NCBI GenBank assembly: GCA_963575745.1 | Contig: CAUYUJ010000012.1 | Location: 62,001-119,601, forward strand | Direction: 5' to 3' | Length of the DNA stretch: 57,601 nt | Source of the DNA: Prorocentrum cordatum | Taxonomy: Eukaryota | Shown: positions 47,163 to 57,529 of the stretch, piece after piece | Layout of the letters: every line of letters starts with the position of its first letter | Numbering within the stretch: position 1 is the stretch's first letter | Program-made: the position numbers and the translations under genes | The notes under the pieces: model-generated | What the model saw: the letters and a program-made list of their open reading frames with translations, nothing else | Databases searched by the model: none | What the model was told of the DNA's origin: nothing

Positions 47163-50100
47163 CGCCAGGCACAGCCAGCGGCGTGGGACGACGCCGCTGG
47201 CGCGGCTGCGACGAGGCCCTCTCAGCCGCCCAGTTTTGATCACGTACGCGACGCCAGCTCGGCAGACGCAGTCGCAGCCGACTGCTCGGGGTCAGCCGCT
47301 GCTTGCGCAGGCGTTTCCACAAGGGTAACCACTGGTGGCCATGCATCTCACGGGGAGCTCATTGTTGACGGGGTTCAGGTCAACAGAGATGCGCCATCTG
47401 ACGGGCAGACTCGCAACCTCTTTTTCGCGAACATCACTGCGATGGGGCCGCAGGCTTGGGAGTTCGTGCAGAGGGGTTGCTCGAGCTACGACTACGTTGG
47501 CTTCGTCGAGACTCACGTAGGGAATGAGTCCGCACTCAATGAATGGAGCCGCAAGGCTCGCTCAGCTGGTTGGCGTCTTCACGGGAATCTCTCCCGCAGT
47601 ACTGGGGCTGGCGGAACTGAAGGTGGCGAATGGTGGCTTACGAGGCGACACTTGCACACTCACATGCTGGCTGCAGCTCACTCGAGTCGCGATCTTCGTG
47701 CTCCCAGCGCGGCCGCCTCGGACGGCTTCCAGGCCAGCGTGCTGCACATGAAGGGCTACGCCGTGGTGGTCATCGCCTTTTACGCCTTCGCGTCGGTGGG
47801 CTGGAGTGGGGCGAACCTTCGCCGCTTCGCTCATCTCGGCGCACTCCTCTCGGCGCTTCAGCTCCCCTGGTTGGTCATGGGCGATTTCAACATCGAGGCC
47901 TCGACCCTGGAGCGCACGGGCTTTGTCACCCGCGTCGGCGGCCACATCATCCAGAGCTCGGCCCACTACACGTGCGCAGCTGGCCAGGGAGGATCTCACA
48001 TTGACTTCGGGCTCGCCTCCTCGTCATGTCTTCCCTACATCCTCACCATGAGCGACATCCAGGCGGTACCATGGAAAACTCACTGCGGCTTGCAGGTTCA
48101 ACTTCGTGGACGTGGAGAGCAGTTGGTTACGCGGAAGTTGGTGGTTCCTCAGCCCCTGCCCGCTTGTTCGAGACCTTCGCCTCCGCCCACGTCTTCAGCC
48201 AAGCGTCAGGACGCTCTTCTTCGTCGAGCGGCTGCTCGGGAACGTCGCGAAGACTTTCTAGGTAAGACCTTTGGTCGCACCTGGGAAGGCGAGCCTCGCA
48301 CGGACGTGTCCACGGACGTCGCCTCCGACGGCGAGCTCCTCTCCTCCAGCGATGACTCCGAGTCATGGGCTGTCGCAGTTGAGAGTCGAGCCATACGCAC
48401 GGCCGAGGTTGCAGCGCCCCCCGCGAGGGAGAGAGGCGCTCCCTCGGTTTCTTCATGTACTCCTCACACACGCAGTCTTTCCACTTACGCGACGCCACCG
48501 CTGCTGGTCGGCGAGCTTGGCCAGGCCTCGAGCTCAACCCCCACGGGTGCCCCTTCACGGTTATCCACCATGGACGATGCCGATGCTGACCCGTTCGCGG
48601 ACGTCGACGCTCCCATGCCCATCGACGACGGCTGGCCCGAGCCGCCCGAGTTCGAGCAGGAGGACCCCGAGGTCGGTCAGGATCGCACGCAGGAGAGCTG
48701 GGCTGGCGGAGATCTGTCTCGGGGCCTCCCTCACCCTGGGGCGAGGCAACCACAGTCTGGTTCTTCCCGCAGCGACCTGCCCCACCTTGGGCGGCCCCAC
48801 ACCCCGTCGCTCGACCAGGACGTCAGTTTCGAGGTCTCCGAGTCTACCTGGTTGCGTGCAGCTGGCGTACCTGCCCCTGCCGTTGCAGTCTGGCCACCCA
48901 TTGCTTCGTCGGACGCCTACCGTGTTGGCGGCGCGGCCATCGACGGCATCAGCGCGGACTACGCTCGCTGGGTCAGGCAGCTCGAAGGCGCAGTTCGGCG
49001 GCACTCTCGTCTTGCCGAACTTGGTGACGGGCCCTCCCGTGCGGACGGCGTCCGCCTTCGTGAATGTGCCGTGGCGACCCCAGCCGTGGCCATTGCGGCG
49101 GAGGTCTCCGACGAGGAGGCCTCGCTCAGCTGGTGGGCCGCCCTGCACACGCTCCTCGTCAAGCTCCTGCACTTCACCAAGTGCACGTCGCGGGCTGCGC
49201 GATCCCACCCTGGTCACGAGGCAGAACGTCGACGCGCAGCTGCTGAATGCCGTCGCCTCGCCCAGGATCGGCCACCTCATGCGCGCCGAGCCTTCGTTGG
49301 AGGTGCTCTTCGTCGGCGGCCTGTTCAGGCTGGTCAGGGCGCCCCGAGGTTATCGTGGCATGGCTTCCTACGGGAGCTTCGCGCCCTGCTTCGTGCGCCC
49401 ATCCACCTCCTGGAGCATCTCGAGGAGCTCGTGCAGAAGTGCCTTCGCCGCGGGCGAGGTCGCGCTGTCGGGGCATCCTTGAGGTCTTTCAAGGAGTGGA
49501 TCGTCACGCCGCAGGGTTCGACGGTGCTCTTCAGAACGCTGAAAAGCCAGCCTGTCCTGGCCGACGAGCTCCTCGACCCCACAAGCAGCCTGCACCTCGT
49601 CCATCCGAAGGATCTCGTCGACCTCAAGGCCCGCACTTGGCACGAGTTGTGGGCGCCGTCGCAGGTGGACACGTCGCTCGTGGACGGTTTCTGGCTCGAA
49701 CTACGGCAGCTCCTTGGTGAAGGCGATCTCCCTGAGCTCGACGTGGTTCAATTACGCAGCGCCTTGCGGCGCATGCGCCCACGCGCAGGACGAGGCGCCG
49801 ACCAACTTCGGCCGACGGATGTCGAACGGCTTCCTGATTGCGGCTTGGAGGAGCTCCTGCGGTTGTATCGGGCCTGCGAGCACGGCGGAAGCTGGCCCTG
49901 GCAGCTTTTGATTGTTGTCGGCCAGCTTCTTGCGAAGAAGTCGGGTGGCGAGCGTGTCATTGGCTTGATGTGCATGATCACCAGGATCTGGAGCCAGGCT
50001 CGCGAACCAGTGGTGCAGGACTGGAGCCAGGAGAGCGCGCCCCCGTGGGACGCCGCCGTCCGCGGCAATGCCGCCATCTTCGAGGCCTTCGCGCGCGCGA

Positions 50101-53100
50101 CCGACGAGGAAGCGTACAGCACCTTGGGCTTCGCGTACGCTCACGCCATGCTGGACGTGAAGTCGTTCTACGACTCTATGGACTGGGTCAAGCTCGGCCG
50201 CGCCGCGCTTCGGCTCGGGTTCCCTCCCACCATGCTCGCCCTCGAGCTGCAGCTCTGTCTGGCTCCTCGCGTGCTGGTACGAGATGGCGCAGCTTCGCAG
50301 GCGTTCCAGCCGTCCCGCTCCATTGTTCAGGGACTGCGGTCTGGCACTCGCTTCGCCCGCTGCTTGACCCACTTCATCCTGGACTCCATTACTCGGCAGC
50401 GCCCACAGGGTCTTCTACCGCCACGCATCTGGGTCGACGACTTATCCCAGGCCGCCGTGGGCACCGAGACCGTCGTGGAGCAGACGCTCACCCACGTCGT
50501 GGACGAGACGTGTGCGCTGTTCGAGGGCGACGGGCTTTCCATCTCGCCGAAGAGCGTCATCATCGCCAACCGTCGTGGGCTTGCCAGGCGCATCATGGAG
50601 TCCCTCAGGAGCCGTGGGCACATCGTCACTGCCACCAAGTGCGCCCCGTGCTTAGGAGTTGATTTGGGAGCTGGCCTGGGCCTTCGCCGTCCCACACGCA
50701 CAATCCGTCTCAAGAAAGCCGCCAGTGGGCACGCGCGAGTGCGCCGTTTCGTTCGGGCCAGCAGGCGCTACGCCACGTGCGCCAGGATCGAACGAGCATC
50801 CCCGCAAGCAGCAGGCAGCTACGGTCACCAGGTTTACGGAACTCCGCCGTCCCTTCTGTTGCAGGCTCGTCGTCGCCTCGGTGCTGTCAGCTCCGCAGCC
50901 GGCGGCGGCAAGTGCTTGACCACAGTGCTCCAGCTACGCCACGATCATCACGATCCAGCACGCAGCTTCGCCAGGCAACAGCTGGAGCTCTGGTTTCGTG
51001 CCTGGCGTAGTGACCCTGACTTTCGGCGGCGAGTCCAGCAAGCGTGGATCCCTATCCACGCCAGGTTGCGGGACACTCCGTCGGCGCAGCGTCATCGCCA
51101 CGTTCGAGGCCCGATCTCCGCTCTCATGACCTTGCTGATGGAGTACTCCTGGGACCCCGTCGGCCCGTGCGGCTGGGTATGTCATCTGGGAGCTGGAGCA
51201 TGGGAACGCTGGACCTTCCCCGACGCGAGCGCCCTCTCCGACCGTGAGATTCGTCAGCTCACCAGCGCCTTCGACGCCTCCATCCTCGCGCAGCTATGGG
51301 AGGCCGCCTCTACCCACTGGTGCGGCGAGGGGCTTCAGTTCGGCACGGACCTCACTTCGTATCGCCATTTGGTTCGCTCTCTCGAGAGGTCCCGCCACTC
51401 GCACTTGGCCCCGCTCATGGTCTCCATCGCGGCAGGGGGCTCGTGGCCAGGTTCGCGTCTTCTGGACACCGACTCCGTACGGGATGGATTTCATGGCCTT
51501 TGTCCTCGTTGCGGGCATGAAGTCGAGACGCCTGTTCATCGGATGTGGACGTGCGAGGCCAACAGCGACTCTCCCGCGTACCGCATGAGCAGTCACTTGG
51601 TTTCTCGAGCAGTGGCCGAGTCCGACGCGTACCCGTGCTTCTGGCTCCGTGGCCTTCTCCCATCGCCGTGGGTCGACGTTCCACCCCCGATCGAGCATCC
51701 CGAGTGGACACCTATCGGTCTCTCCGACGACGACTGGAGCTTCGGCCAAGGGTCTGTTCAGGCCCCCCTCATGCTGTTCGGAGACGCGAGTGGAGGCTGC
51801 GACTCCATGGTACCGAGGTTGCGGCGAGTGGGCGTGGCCGTTTGCCGTATGCAGCCTGATGCCGTGGACATCGAGTTCGGGCTCTTCGGTCCTCTCCCTG
51901 GCCAGTCCCAGACAGTTCATCGAGGAGAGCTTCAAGCGCTAGTATTGGGAGCACGGTATTCGACAGGGGCCACGGTTTTCGTGACGGACAACCTGGCTGT
52001 TTGCGAAGGTTGGTGGGCTCGTCTGGACCTCGCACCCCACCAGTCCAGCACGGAGTCCGACTTGTGGCAGGAGTTGCAGCAGATTTTCCTCACCCGCCCG
52101 CGCTCCGAGTTCACCGTCGAGCACGTCAATTCTCACTTGACTCCAGCCGCCGCCCAAGCTGCAGGTGTCCCTCACGCGGTGGTACGCGGGAATGCAGTTG
52201 CCGACATCCTGGCGGGGGCCGCTGCAGGTCTGGCCCGTGTCCCTCACGAACCTCGCCAGCGCTTCTTTGCCCACGAGGTCATGGCGTCGCAGGTCCGCTG
52301 GAGGCTCCTCCGAGCCACGCTGGATGCCCAGGCAGCTGCCACTCTCCGTGCTCGTGGTCTACCCCGCCGACGTCGTCGTCCACGCCAGGCTCCTCCCCGT
52401 CTGCGGTCTGTTGCCACGTTTGCCTCTCGCCACGTCCTCAGCGATGATGGTTTACGTTGTCTGGCCTGTCACACGTCTGCGGGCCACTCCAGTGCTGACT
52501 TCTGGTTGGTGTCTCCGTGCGTTCCGTTGATTTCTTGTGGAGAAGGATGGGCAGGTTTCGCACCGTCTGTGGCCGCTCTCGTGCACATCGGCGACCACGC
52601 TGTTCATCCCACGCACATGATGAGGTTCCAGACTACGCTTGGAGTATGGATCTGTTGGCATTGCGGGTGTTACGCTTGGCCAGGTCTTCGTGCTCTAGGC
52701 CGCGGTCTCCTCGTCTCATGCCAGAGCCCGACCGACATGGGGCGCGAGCACCTCTCCAGAGTCCACCGCGGTCTGTGGCCCAAGGCTGGTGAACGTCCCA
52801 GTTCCGAGAGCTACGACGACGCCCCGCAGACCTGCGCTACGTCCTCGGGGGAGTTGTCAGAACGCAAGGGATGCCTCGAGAGCGGAGGGGGCCTTCGGGT
52901 CCCCGCTGCTGGGGGACCTCCCGCCCCGAGGCCTGGTAAGGTCGCCAACCCCCCTGCCTCGACGACGTTCTCGCTGGACCGTAGGGGTCCGAGGACGAGG
53001 GGGAAGGTGCGTAGCCAGGCCTCAAATTTGGGAGGTATTCGTCGCCTCGAGGATTCGCCCCCGAGGACGGCTGGGGATCGGTCTGGCCACAGTGTCTCGC

Positions 53101-53597
53101 TCCAGGTGGACGACGAAGGACGTGCTCAGCTGGTCGCTTCCCTGGTCCGAGCTGCTACAAGGGACCCTTCGGACCCTTCGGCAACTGCGTCCGCTCCAGC
53201 CCCGCCCGATTCGACCGCTGCGGGAGCCCCCTGTTGTTCCAGAATGCTTTTGTCGGCGACTGGGTCATCGAGGACTGGACGCTGTTCGGGGTCTGGGAGT
53301 TCGGCCCCTTTGCCACGGCGAATTTCACGGTCTCCATCCAAGCCTCCCATACGAGAGGAGGGCGGTCACTCGCCTCACGACCTCGAGGGCCTCGCGGACT
53401 GCGACACCAGGCCCCTGGCGGAGGACGGCAGCGGCGCGCGAGGGCCCACCGCGGTGCCCACCGCGCCGAGCGCGCTGCCGCCGCGCGGCGCCCAGGCGGC
53501 CGCTTTCAGCGCGCTCGTGCGCTGGGCGGCGGGCGGCTCGCCACGTCGACGCAGTGCTCCTGGCGCTGGACGCCGCGCTGCTCGTCCAGGTCATTAG
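47163..53597 (+). CDS. LINE ORF2: APE endonuclease, reverse transcriptase, Cys/His motifs, RNase H (frame open from 47163, first ATG at 47442)
   Basis: APE: FFANIT, FVETH, VMGDFN, HIDF, KTH. RT: LDVKSFYD, QGLRSG, IWVDD (50430-50441), CLGVDL. CPRC...HRMWTC. RNase H: FGDAS, RGELQA, VTDN, HVNSH, GNAVADILA. C-terminal WICWHCG. Confidence 0.95.
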   Translation, partial: RQAQPAAWDDAAGAAATRPSQPPSFDHVRDASSADAVAADCSGSAAACAGVSTRVTTGGHASHGELIVDGVQVNRDAPSDGQTRNLFFANITAMGPQAWEFVQRGCSSYDYVGFVETHVGNESALNEWSRKARSAGWRLHGNLSRSTGAGGTEGGEWWLTRRHLHTHMLAAAHSSRDLRAPSAAASDGFQASVLHMKGYAVVVIAFYAFASVGWSGANLRRFAHLGALLSALQLPWLVMGDFNIEASTLERTGFVTRVGGHIIQSSAHYTCAAGQGGSHIDFGLASSSCLPYILTMSDIQAVPWKTHCGLQVQLRGRGEQLVTRKLVVPQPLPACSRPSPPPTSSAKRQDALLRRAAARERREDFLGKTFGRTWEGEPRTDVSTDVASDGELLSSSDDSESWAVAVESRAIRTAEVAAPPARERGAPSVSSCTPHTRSLSTYATPPLLVGELGQASSSTPTGAPSRLSTMDDADADPFADVDAPMPIDDGWPEPPEFEQEDPEVGQDRTQESWAGGDLSRGLPHPGARQPQSGSSRSDLPHLGRPHTPSLDQDVSFEVSESTWLRAAGVPAPAVAVWPPIASSDAYRVGGAAIDGISADYARWVRQLEGAVRRHSRLAELGDGPSRADGVRLRECAVATPAVAIAAEVSDEEASLSWWAALHTLLVKLLHFTKCTSRAARSHPGHEAERRRAAAECRRLAQDRPPHARRAFVGGALRRRPVQAGQGAPRLSWHGFLRELRALLRAPIHLLEHLEELVQKCLRRGRGRAVGASLRSFKEWIVTPQGSTVLFRTLKSQPVLADELLDPTSSLHLVHPKDLVDLKARTWHELWAPSQVDTSLVDGFWLELRQLLGEGDLPELDVVQLRSALRRMRPRAGRGADQLRPTDVERLPDCGLEELLRLYRACEHGGSWPWQLLIVVGQLLAKKSGGERVIGLMCMITRIWSQAREPVVQDWSQESAPPWDAAVRGNAAIFEAFARATDEEAYSTLGFAYAHAMLDVKSFYDSMDWVKLGRAALRLGFPPTMLALELQLCLAPRVLVRDGAASQAFQPSRSIVQGLRSGTRFARCLTHFILDSITRQRPQGLLPPRIWVDDLSQAAVGTETVVEQTLTHVVDETCALFEGDGLSISPKSVIIANRRGLARRIMESLRSRGHIVTATKCAPCLGVDLGAGLGLRRPTRTIRLKKAASGHARVRRFVRASRRYATCARIERASPQAAGSYGHQVYGTPPSLLLQARRRLGAVSSAAGGGKCLTTVLQLRHDHHDPARSFARQQLELWFRAWRSDPDFRRRVQQAWIPIHARLRDTPSAQRHRHVRGPISALMTLLMEYSWDPVGPCGWVCHLGAGAWERWTFPDASALSDREIRQLTSAFDASILAQLWEAASTHWCGEGLQFGTDLTSYRHLVRSLERSRHSHLAPLMVSIAAGGSWPGSRLLDTDSVRDGFHGLCPRCGHEVETPVHRMWTCEANSDSPAYRMSSHLVSRAVAESDAYPCFWLRGLLPSPWVDVPPPIEHPEWTPIGLSDDDWSFGQGSVQAPLMLFGDASGGCDSMVPRLRRVGVAVCRMQPDAVDIEFGLFGPLPGQSQTVHRGELQALVLGARYSTGATVFVTDNLAVCEGWWARLDLAPHQSSTESDLWQELQQIFLTRPRSEFTVEHVNSHLTPAAAQAAGVPHAVVRGNAVADILAGAAAGLARVPHEPRQRFFAHEVMASQVRWRLLRATLDAQAAATLRARGLPRRRRRPRQAPPRLRSVATFASRHVLSDDGLRCLACHTSAGHSSADFWLVSPCVPLISCGEGWAGFAPSVAALVHIGDHAVHPTHMMRFQTTLGVWICWHCGCYAWPGLRALGRGLLVSCQSPTDMGREHLSRVHRGLWPKAGERPSSESYDDAPQTCATSSGELSERKGCLESGGGLRVPAAGGPPAPRPGKVANPPASTTFSLDRRGPRTRGKVRSQASNLGGIRRLEDSPPRTAGDRSGHSVSLQVDDEGRAQLVASLVRAATRDPSDPSATASAPAPPDSTAAGAPCCSRMLLSATGSSRTGRCSGSGSSAPLPRRISRSPSKPPIREEGGHSPHDLEGLADCDTRPLAEDGSGARGPTAVPTAPSALPPRGAQAAAFSALVRWAAGGSPRRRSAPGAGRRAARPGH

Positions 53598-54280
53598 GAC
53601 GGAGGTCCCTCTTCTCTCAGGGGGGCACCTCCGTCCTGCGCCGCGCTATGGCGCGCCGCGGCGCCCGCGGTCCGCGGGCGGCCGTGCGCGGACCGCACCT
53701 GTGCGTCCGCGTAGCGGTGTCCTCACTCACTCACTCACTCACTCCTCCTCCTCCTCCTCCTCCTCCTCCTCCTCCCTCCTCCTCCTCCTCCTCCTCCTCC
53801 TCCTCCTCCTCCTTTCTCTCCACTCCTCCTCCTCCTCCTCCTCCTCCTCCTCCTCCTCCTCCTCCTCCTCGTCCTCATCCTCCTCCTCTTCCTCCTCCTC
53901 CTCCTCCTCCTCTCCCTTCCTCCTCCTCCTCCTTCTCCTCCTCCTCCTCCTCCTCCTGGTCTGGTCTGGTCTGATCTGGTCTGGTCTGGTCCTCGGCAGC
54001 AAAATGCACATGGACGCCGGCACGAACGTATACACGGCCGACAGTCTTCCCTGAGAGGAAATCGCAGATGTATACCGTAGTAGTGTTTTTGGCCCGAGAA
54101 GGCTAAGGCAACGAACTCACTCCTGGCTTAGGCAAGTCCCAGGCGGGCCGAGCATGCGTGTCAAGGTGCGCCCGAGTGCATTAGCGGAGCAAGAAAACAC
54201 ATCATCCCCATCCTTCTTTCTCCACCTACTCCTCCTTCCTGACGAGGCCGGTGCAGTGACGGTCACGCTAAGGGGGTCGC

Positions 54281-54319
54281 GTATGCGCGCAGCACGCCAG
54301 GGGTGTACTCGAAGTACTC
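54281..54319 (-). CDS. Oxidoreductase exon B: EYFEYTPGVLRAY
   Basis: cctcgcag|GAG TAC TTC GAG TAC ACC CCT GGC GTG CTG CGC GCA TAC|gc; 39 nt. Resembles the segment after the first Rossmann fold in AIFM2/NDH-2-type proteins. Confidence 0.85.
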
Positions 54320-54575
54320 CTGCGAGGGGCGCCCTTTTAGGGTGGTGATCTTGTTCGTCCTCGTCCGCCCTCATCCCATGCCATCCCCTCCCCATCGCTC
54401 TCCTCCATTCTGCCCCTCCCTGCGCCTCCCATGTCCGACCAATCCCATCGAATCCATCCGCCTCTTTTCCGTCCTTGCTACATCAAAAAGAAAAAGTACG
54501 TCTCTCTGTCTCTCTCTCTCTCTCTTTCTCTGTTTCTCTCTCTCTCTCTCTATCTCTCGATATCTTTATAACTCG

Positions 54576-54622
<47 letters not shown>

Positions 54623-55483
54623 TATGTATATACACACATACAAACATATGCATATACATGTATGTAGCTGCACATGTACATATATATATACATATATAAA
54701 TATAGAGAGACAGAGATTGACACGTGCGTCCACCTCTCTCTCCATCTCCCCTTCCACTTTCCCTGCCCATCCCTCTAAATCCGCCTGTGAAATTATCTCG
54801 CTCTCACGCTACATTGGAAGGCACTGTACATGTTCGGAATGTTATACATGTGACCCCGTCATCCTGCTATCCTCGGCCGTCCCTCCTCCTCCTCCTCCTC
54901 ATCCTCCTCCTCCTCCTCCACCTCCTCCTCGTGAGGAAAAACACGGTAGGCACTTCACCCAACGCAGGCACTTGCCGATAACGCAAAACAGCAGACAAAC
55001 CAACGACTCCCCCTCTCCACCATAAAGGCAGGAGCGCCGATTGCCCACCCAGGTTAATGACGTTTCGGAATCGGTGAATTTCGATTGTAGAGGTCCCTGA
55101 ACACAACGAAATACCCCGCGGAACAAAGACCCGTTCTTCACGTCCCAACGGAGCTACGGCCGATATGTGTTCGTCGGCTTCTGTGAGCACTTCGCCACCT
55201 CCAGTCACAAAGGGGACAACTTTTAACCCTCGCGAAAATAGACATGGGAGCACACATCGCAGACGTCACAGCCTGGCCTTGCCCAAGAAATGGCCGAGTA
55301 TCTGGGATAACGAAGCCTGGTGGACAAACATAGCGAACGAGTCTGGACCTCCGAGTGCATATGCCTGAAGAAATACTCAACTCACAGCATCGGAAGGGTG
55401 AGGTGGATAAGTGTGGAAATCCGTCTCCCGGGGCCAGGCGTGCATGTGGACCTTTTTTGTTGGATCGCAGCCATCTTCTGGTC

Positions 55484-55550
55484 CTTGGCATCGACCACCG
55501 TGACGTGGAACTGCTTCTTCAGGTCGCGCGCGCAGAAATTCCCAGTGAAC
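55484..55550 (-). CDS. AIFM2/FSP1-like pyridine nucleotide-disulfide oxidoreductase, exon A (most 5' exon seen): (x)FTGNFCARDLKKQFHVTVVDAK
   Basis: Minus strand ccgag|G TTC ACT GGG...GCC AAG|ga. Resembles the end of the first Rossmann motif plus the VTVVD strand and joins in frame to exon B. Not in the ORF track; upstream exons were not found in the window. Confidence 0.85.
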
Positions 55551-57299
55551 CTCGGTTTCGGAAGCGTCGACGACAGGCTGCTTGGGCTCGGGAAGGGGGA
55601 GTGGGGGAGAGGAAGAGAAGCGACGAGGGTGTTAGCAGGAGGGGAGTCGGCGGCTACAGTCGAAGGAAGGATGGGAAGGAGGCGGAAGGGGCATGGATGA
55701 CGCTCATATACTCTGTCCGCCTCATTCCATCTGTCCCCTATCCCCCCTCCCTCCTCCCCTCCCGCTCCTCCAGTTCTTCCTCCAGCTTCGTCCTGGAAAG
55801 GAGCGCCCTCGCCATCGCACAGTCAGTTAGGACGCGATTGGTATGCGCACCTATGGGCATCCATCGGATGTGATATGTGGAATTACCATGTGCAAATCAT
55901 CCACTGAGGCCCCGAGCACGCTTGACCCTGCAGTGCAGCCTGTGACTACCCAGGAGAAGTCAACACCCTCCCCGATCCCCTTCCCGTCGTCCCCCTTCCC
56001 GCACGGCCCCGCGCCCTCCCCGCCCACTCCCGATGCCCCCCCCTGACGCCGAGCGCCACTGGGATGGCCTCGGAGAGCTCGAGCAGGTGCCCCAGACACG
56101 GCCGAACGGGCACCCAGGAGAAGGCCCAAGAGGCACCAGGACAACCGCAGGGTGACCCCGAAAGGCTCTGAGACGGCCTTGCGCGGGGCCTTCCCCTTCG
56201 CCTCGTCTTTCCAGCCGACTGGCGCCCCGCGACCAGCGTGCTCCCGAGATCCCAGGACGGCGCCGTCGGCGACCAACTGCGGCCATCTGTGGCCATCGGA
56301 TGCCTCCTCCTCCTCCTCCTCCTCCTCCTCCTCCTCCTCCTCCTCCTCCTCCTCCTCTCCTCCTCCTCCTCCTCCTCCCCGTCCCTCCTCCTCCTCCTCC
56401 TCCTCCTCCTCCTCCGTCCTCTCCTCTCCTCCTCCTCCTCCTACTCCGTCCTCCTCCTCATCCCCCTCCTCCTCCCTCCTCCTCCTCCTCCTCCTCCTCC
56501 CTCCTCCTCCTCCTCCTCCTTCTCGCCTCCTTCGCCTCCCCTCCTCCTCCTCCCCTTCCTCCTCATCCCCGTCCTCCTCATCCTACTCCTCCTCCTGATC
56601 CTCCTCCTCCTCTTCTCTGAGTTTTAATAGTATTACTATTATGATTATGAATATATTAGTAGTCGTAGTAGTACTCTGATTAGTAGTATTATTACGACTA
56701 GTCGTATCATTATTGTTCGTAGCATTAGTATGAATACTAGTATTACAATTATGATTACCAATATTATTAGTACATATTGTCATTTGTTTTAGTACTCGTG
56801 ATATTCTTCTTATTAGTAATAGTATGATTGTTACTATTGTTACTTACTACTGACTCGGACAAACTGTCCTGGAGTACTATTCTTAGCATTGATATTATTT
56901 TATTATTATTCCCCTGCTCCTCCTCCTTCCCTCCTCCTCCTCCGTCCTCCTCCTTCGCCTTTTTCCTGCCTCCTCCTCCTCCTCCTCCTCCTCCTCCTCC
57001 TCCTCCTCCGTCCTCCTCCTCCTCCTCCTCCTCCTCCGTCCTCCTCCTCCTCCTCCTCCTCCCCGTCCTCCTCCTCCTCCTTATCCTCCTCTTCGTCTTC
57101 TCTTCATGGTATGATTAGTCGTATTAGTCGTTGTATTATGCGTATTCGTGGTATTAGTATTATTCGCATTCGTCGGAGGTGAGGGGGTGAGATCGAAGTG
57201 GAACGGAGAGCCCCCCTACCGGGAAATCGATTTCGGTTTCGTGTTCGTGCGTGCCGTGCGTGCGGGCGAGGCGAAGCTGCGTGTGCGGGCGAGAAAAAG

Positions 57300-57529
57300 T
57301 CTCCTGTGGCTGAGGCGCCGCCGGACCAAATGTCTCCCTTCCGGGCGGCCGGGGGCCCGCGGTGTCCCGCCGGTGTCCCGCTGGTGTCCCGTGTGGCTGA
57401 GGCGCGGCCGGACCAAATGACTCCCTTCCCGGCGGCCGGTGGCCCGCGGTGTCCCGCCGGTGTCCAGCGGTGTCCCGCGGTGTCCCGCGGTGCCCCGCGG
57501 TGTCCCGCCGGTGTCCCGCGGTGTCCCGC

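Larger units (their letters stand above)
45791..53744 (+). mobile_element. Apparently full-length LINE (ORF1 + APE-RT-RNase H) within a (CCT)n microsatellite, antisense to the host gene
   Basis: Two uninterrupted ORFs, (CTCA)5 tail at 53722-53741, (CCT)n on both flanks. A TSD cannot be resolved within the microsatellite. Confidence 0.92.

Noticed and set aside
47160..47201. Selenocysteine recoding of the UGA
   Set aside because: The hairpin lacks the eukaryotic SECIS features (AUGA/GA quartet, apical AA) and the position is a linker, not a catalytic site.
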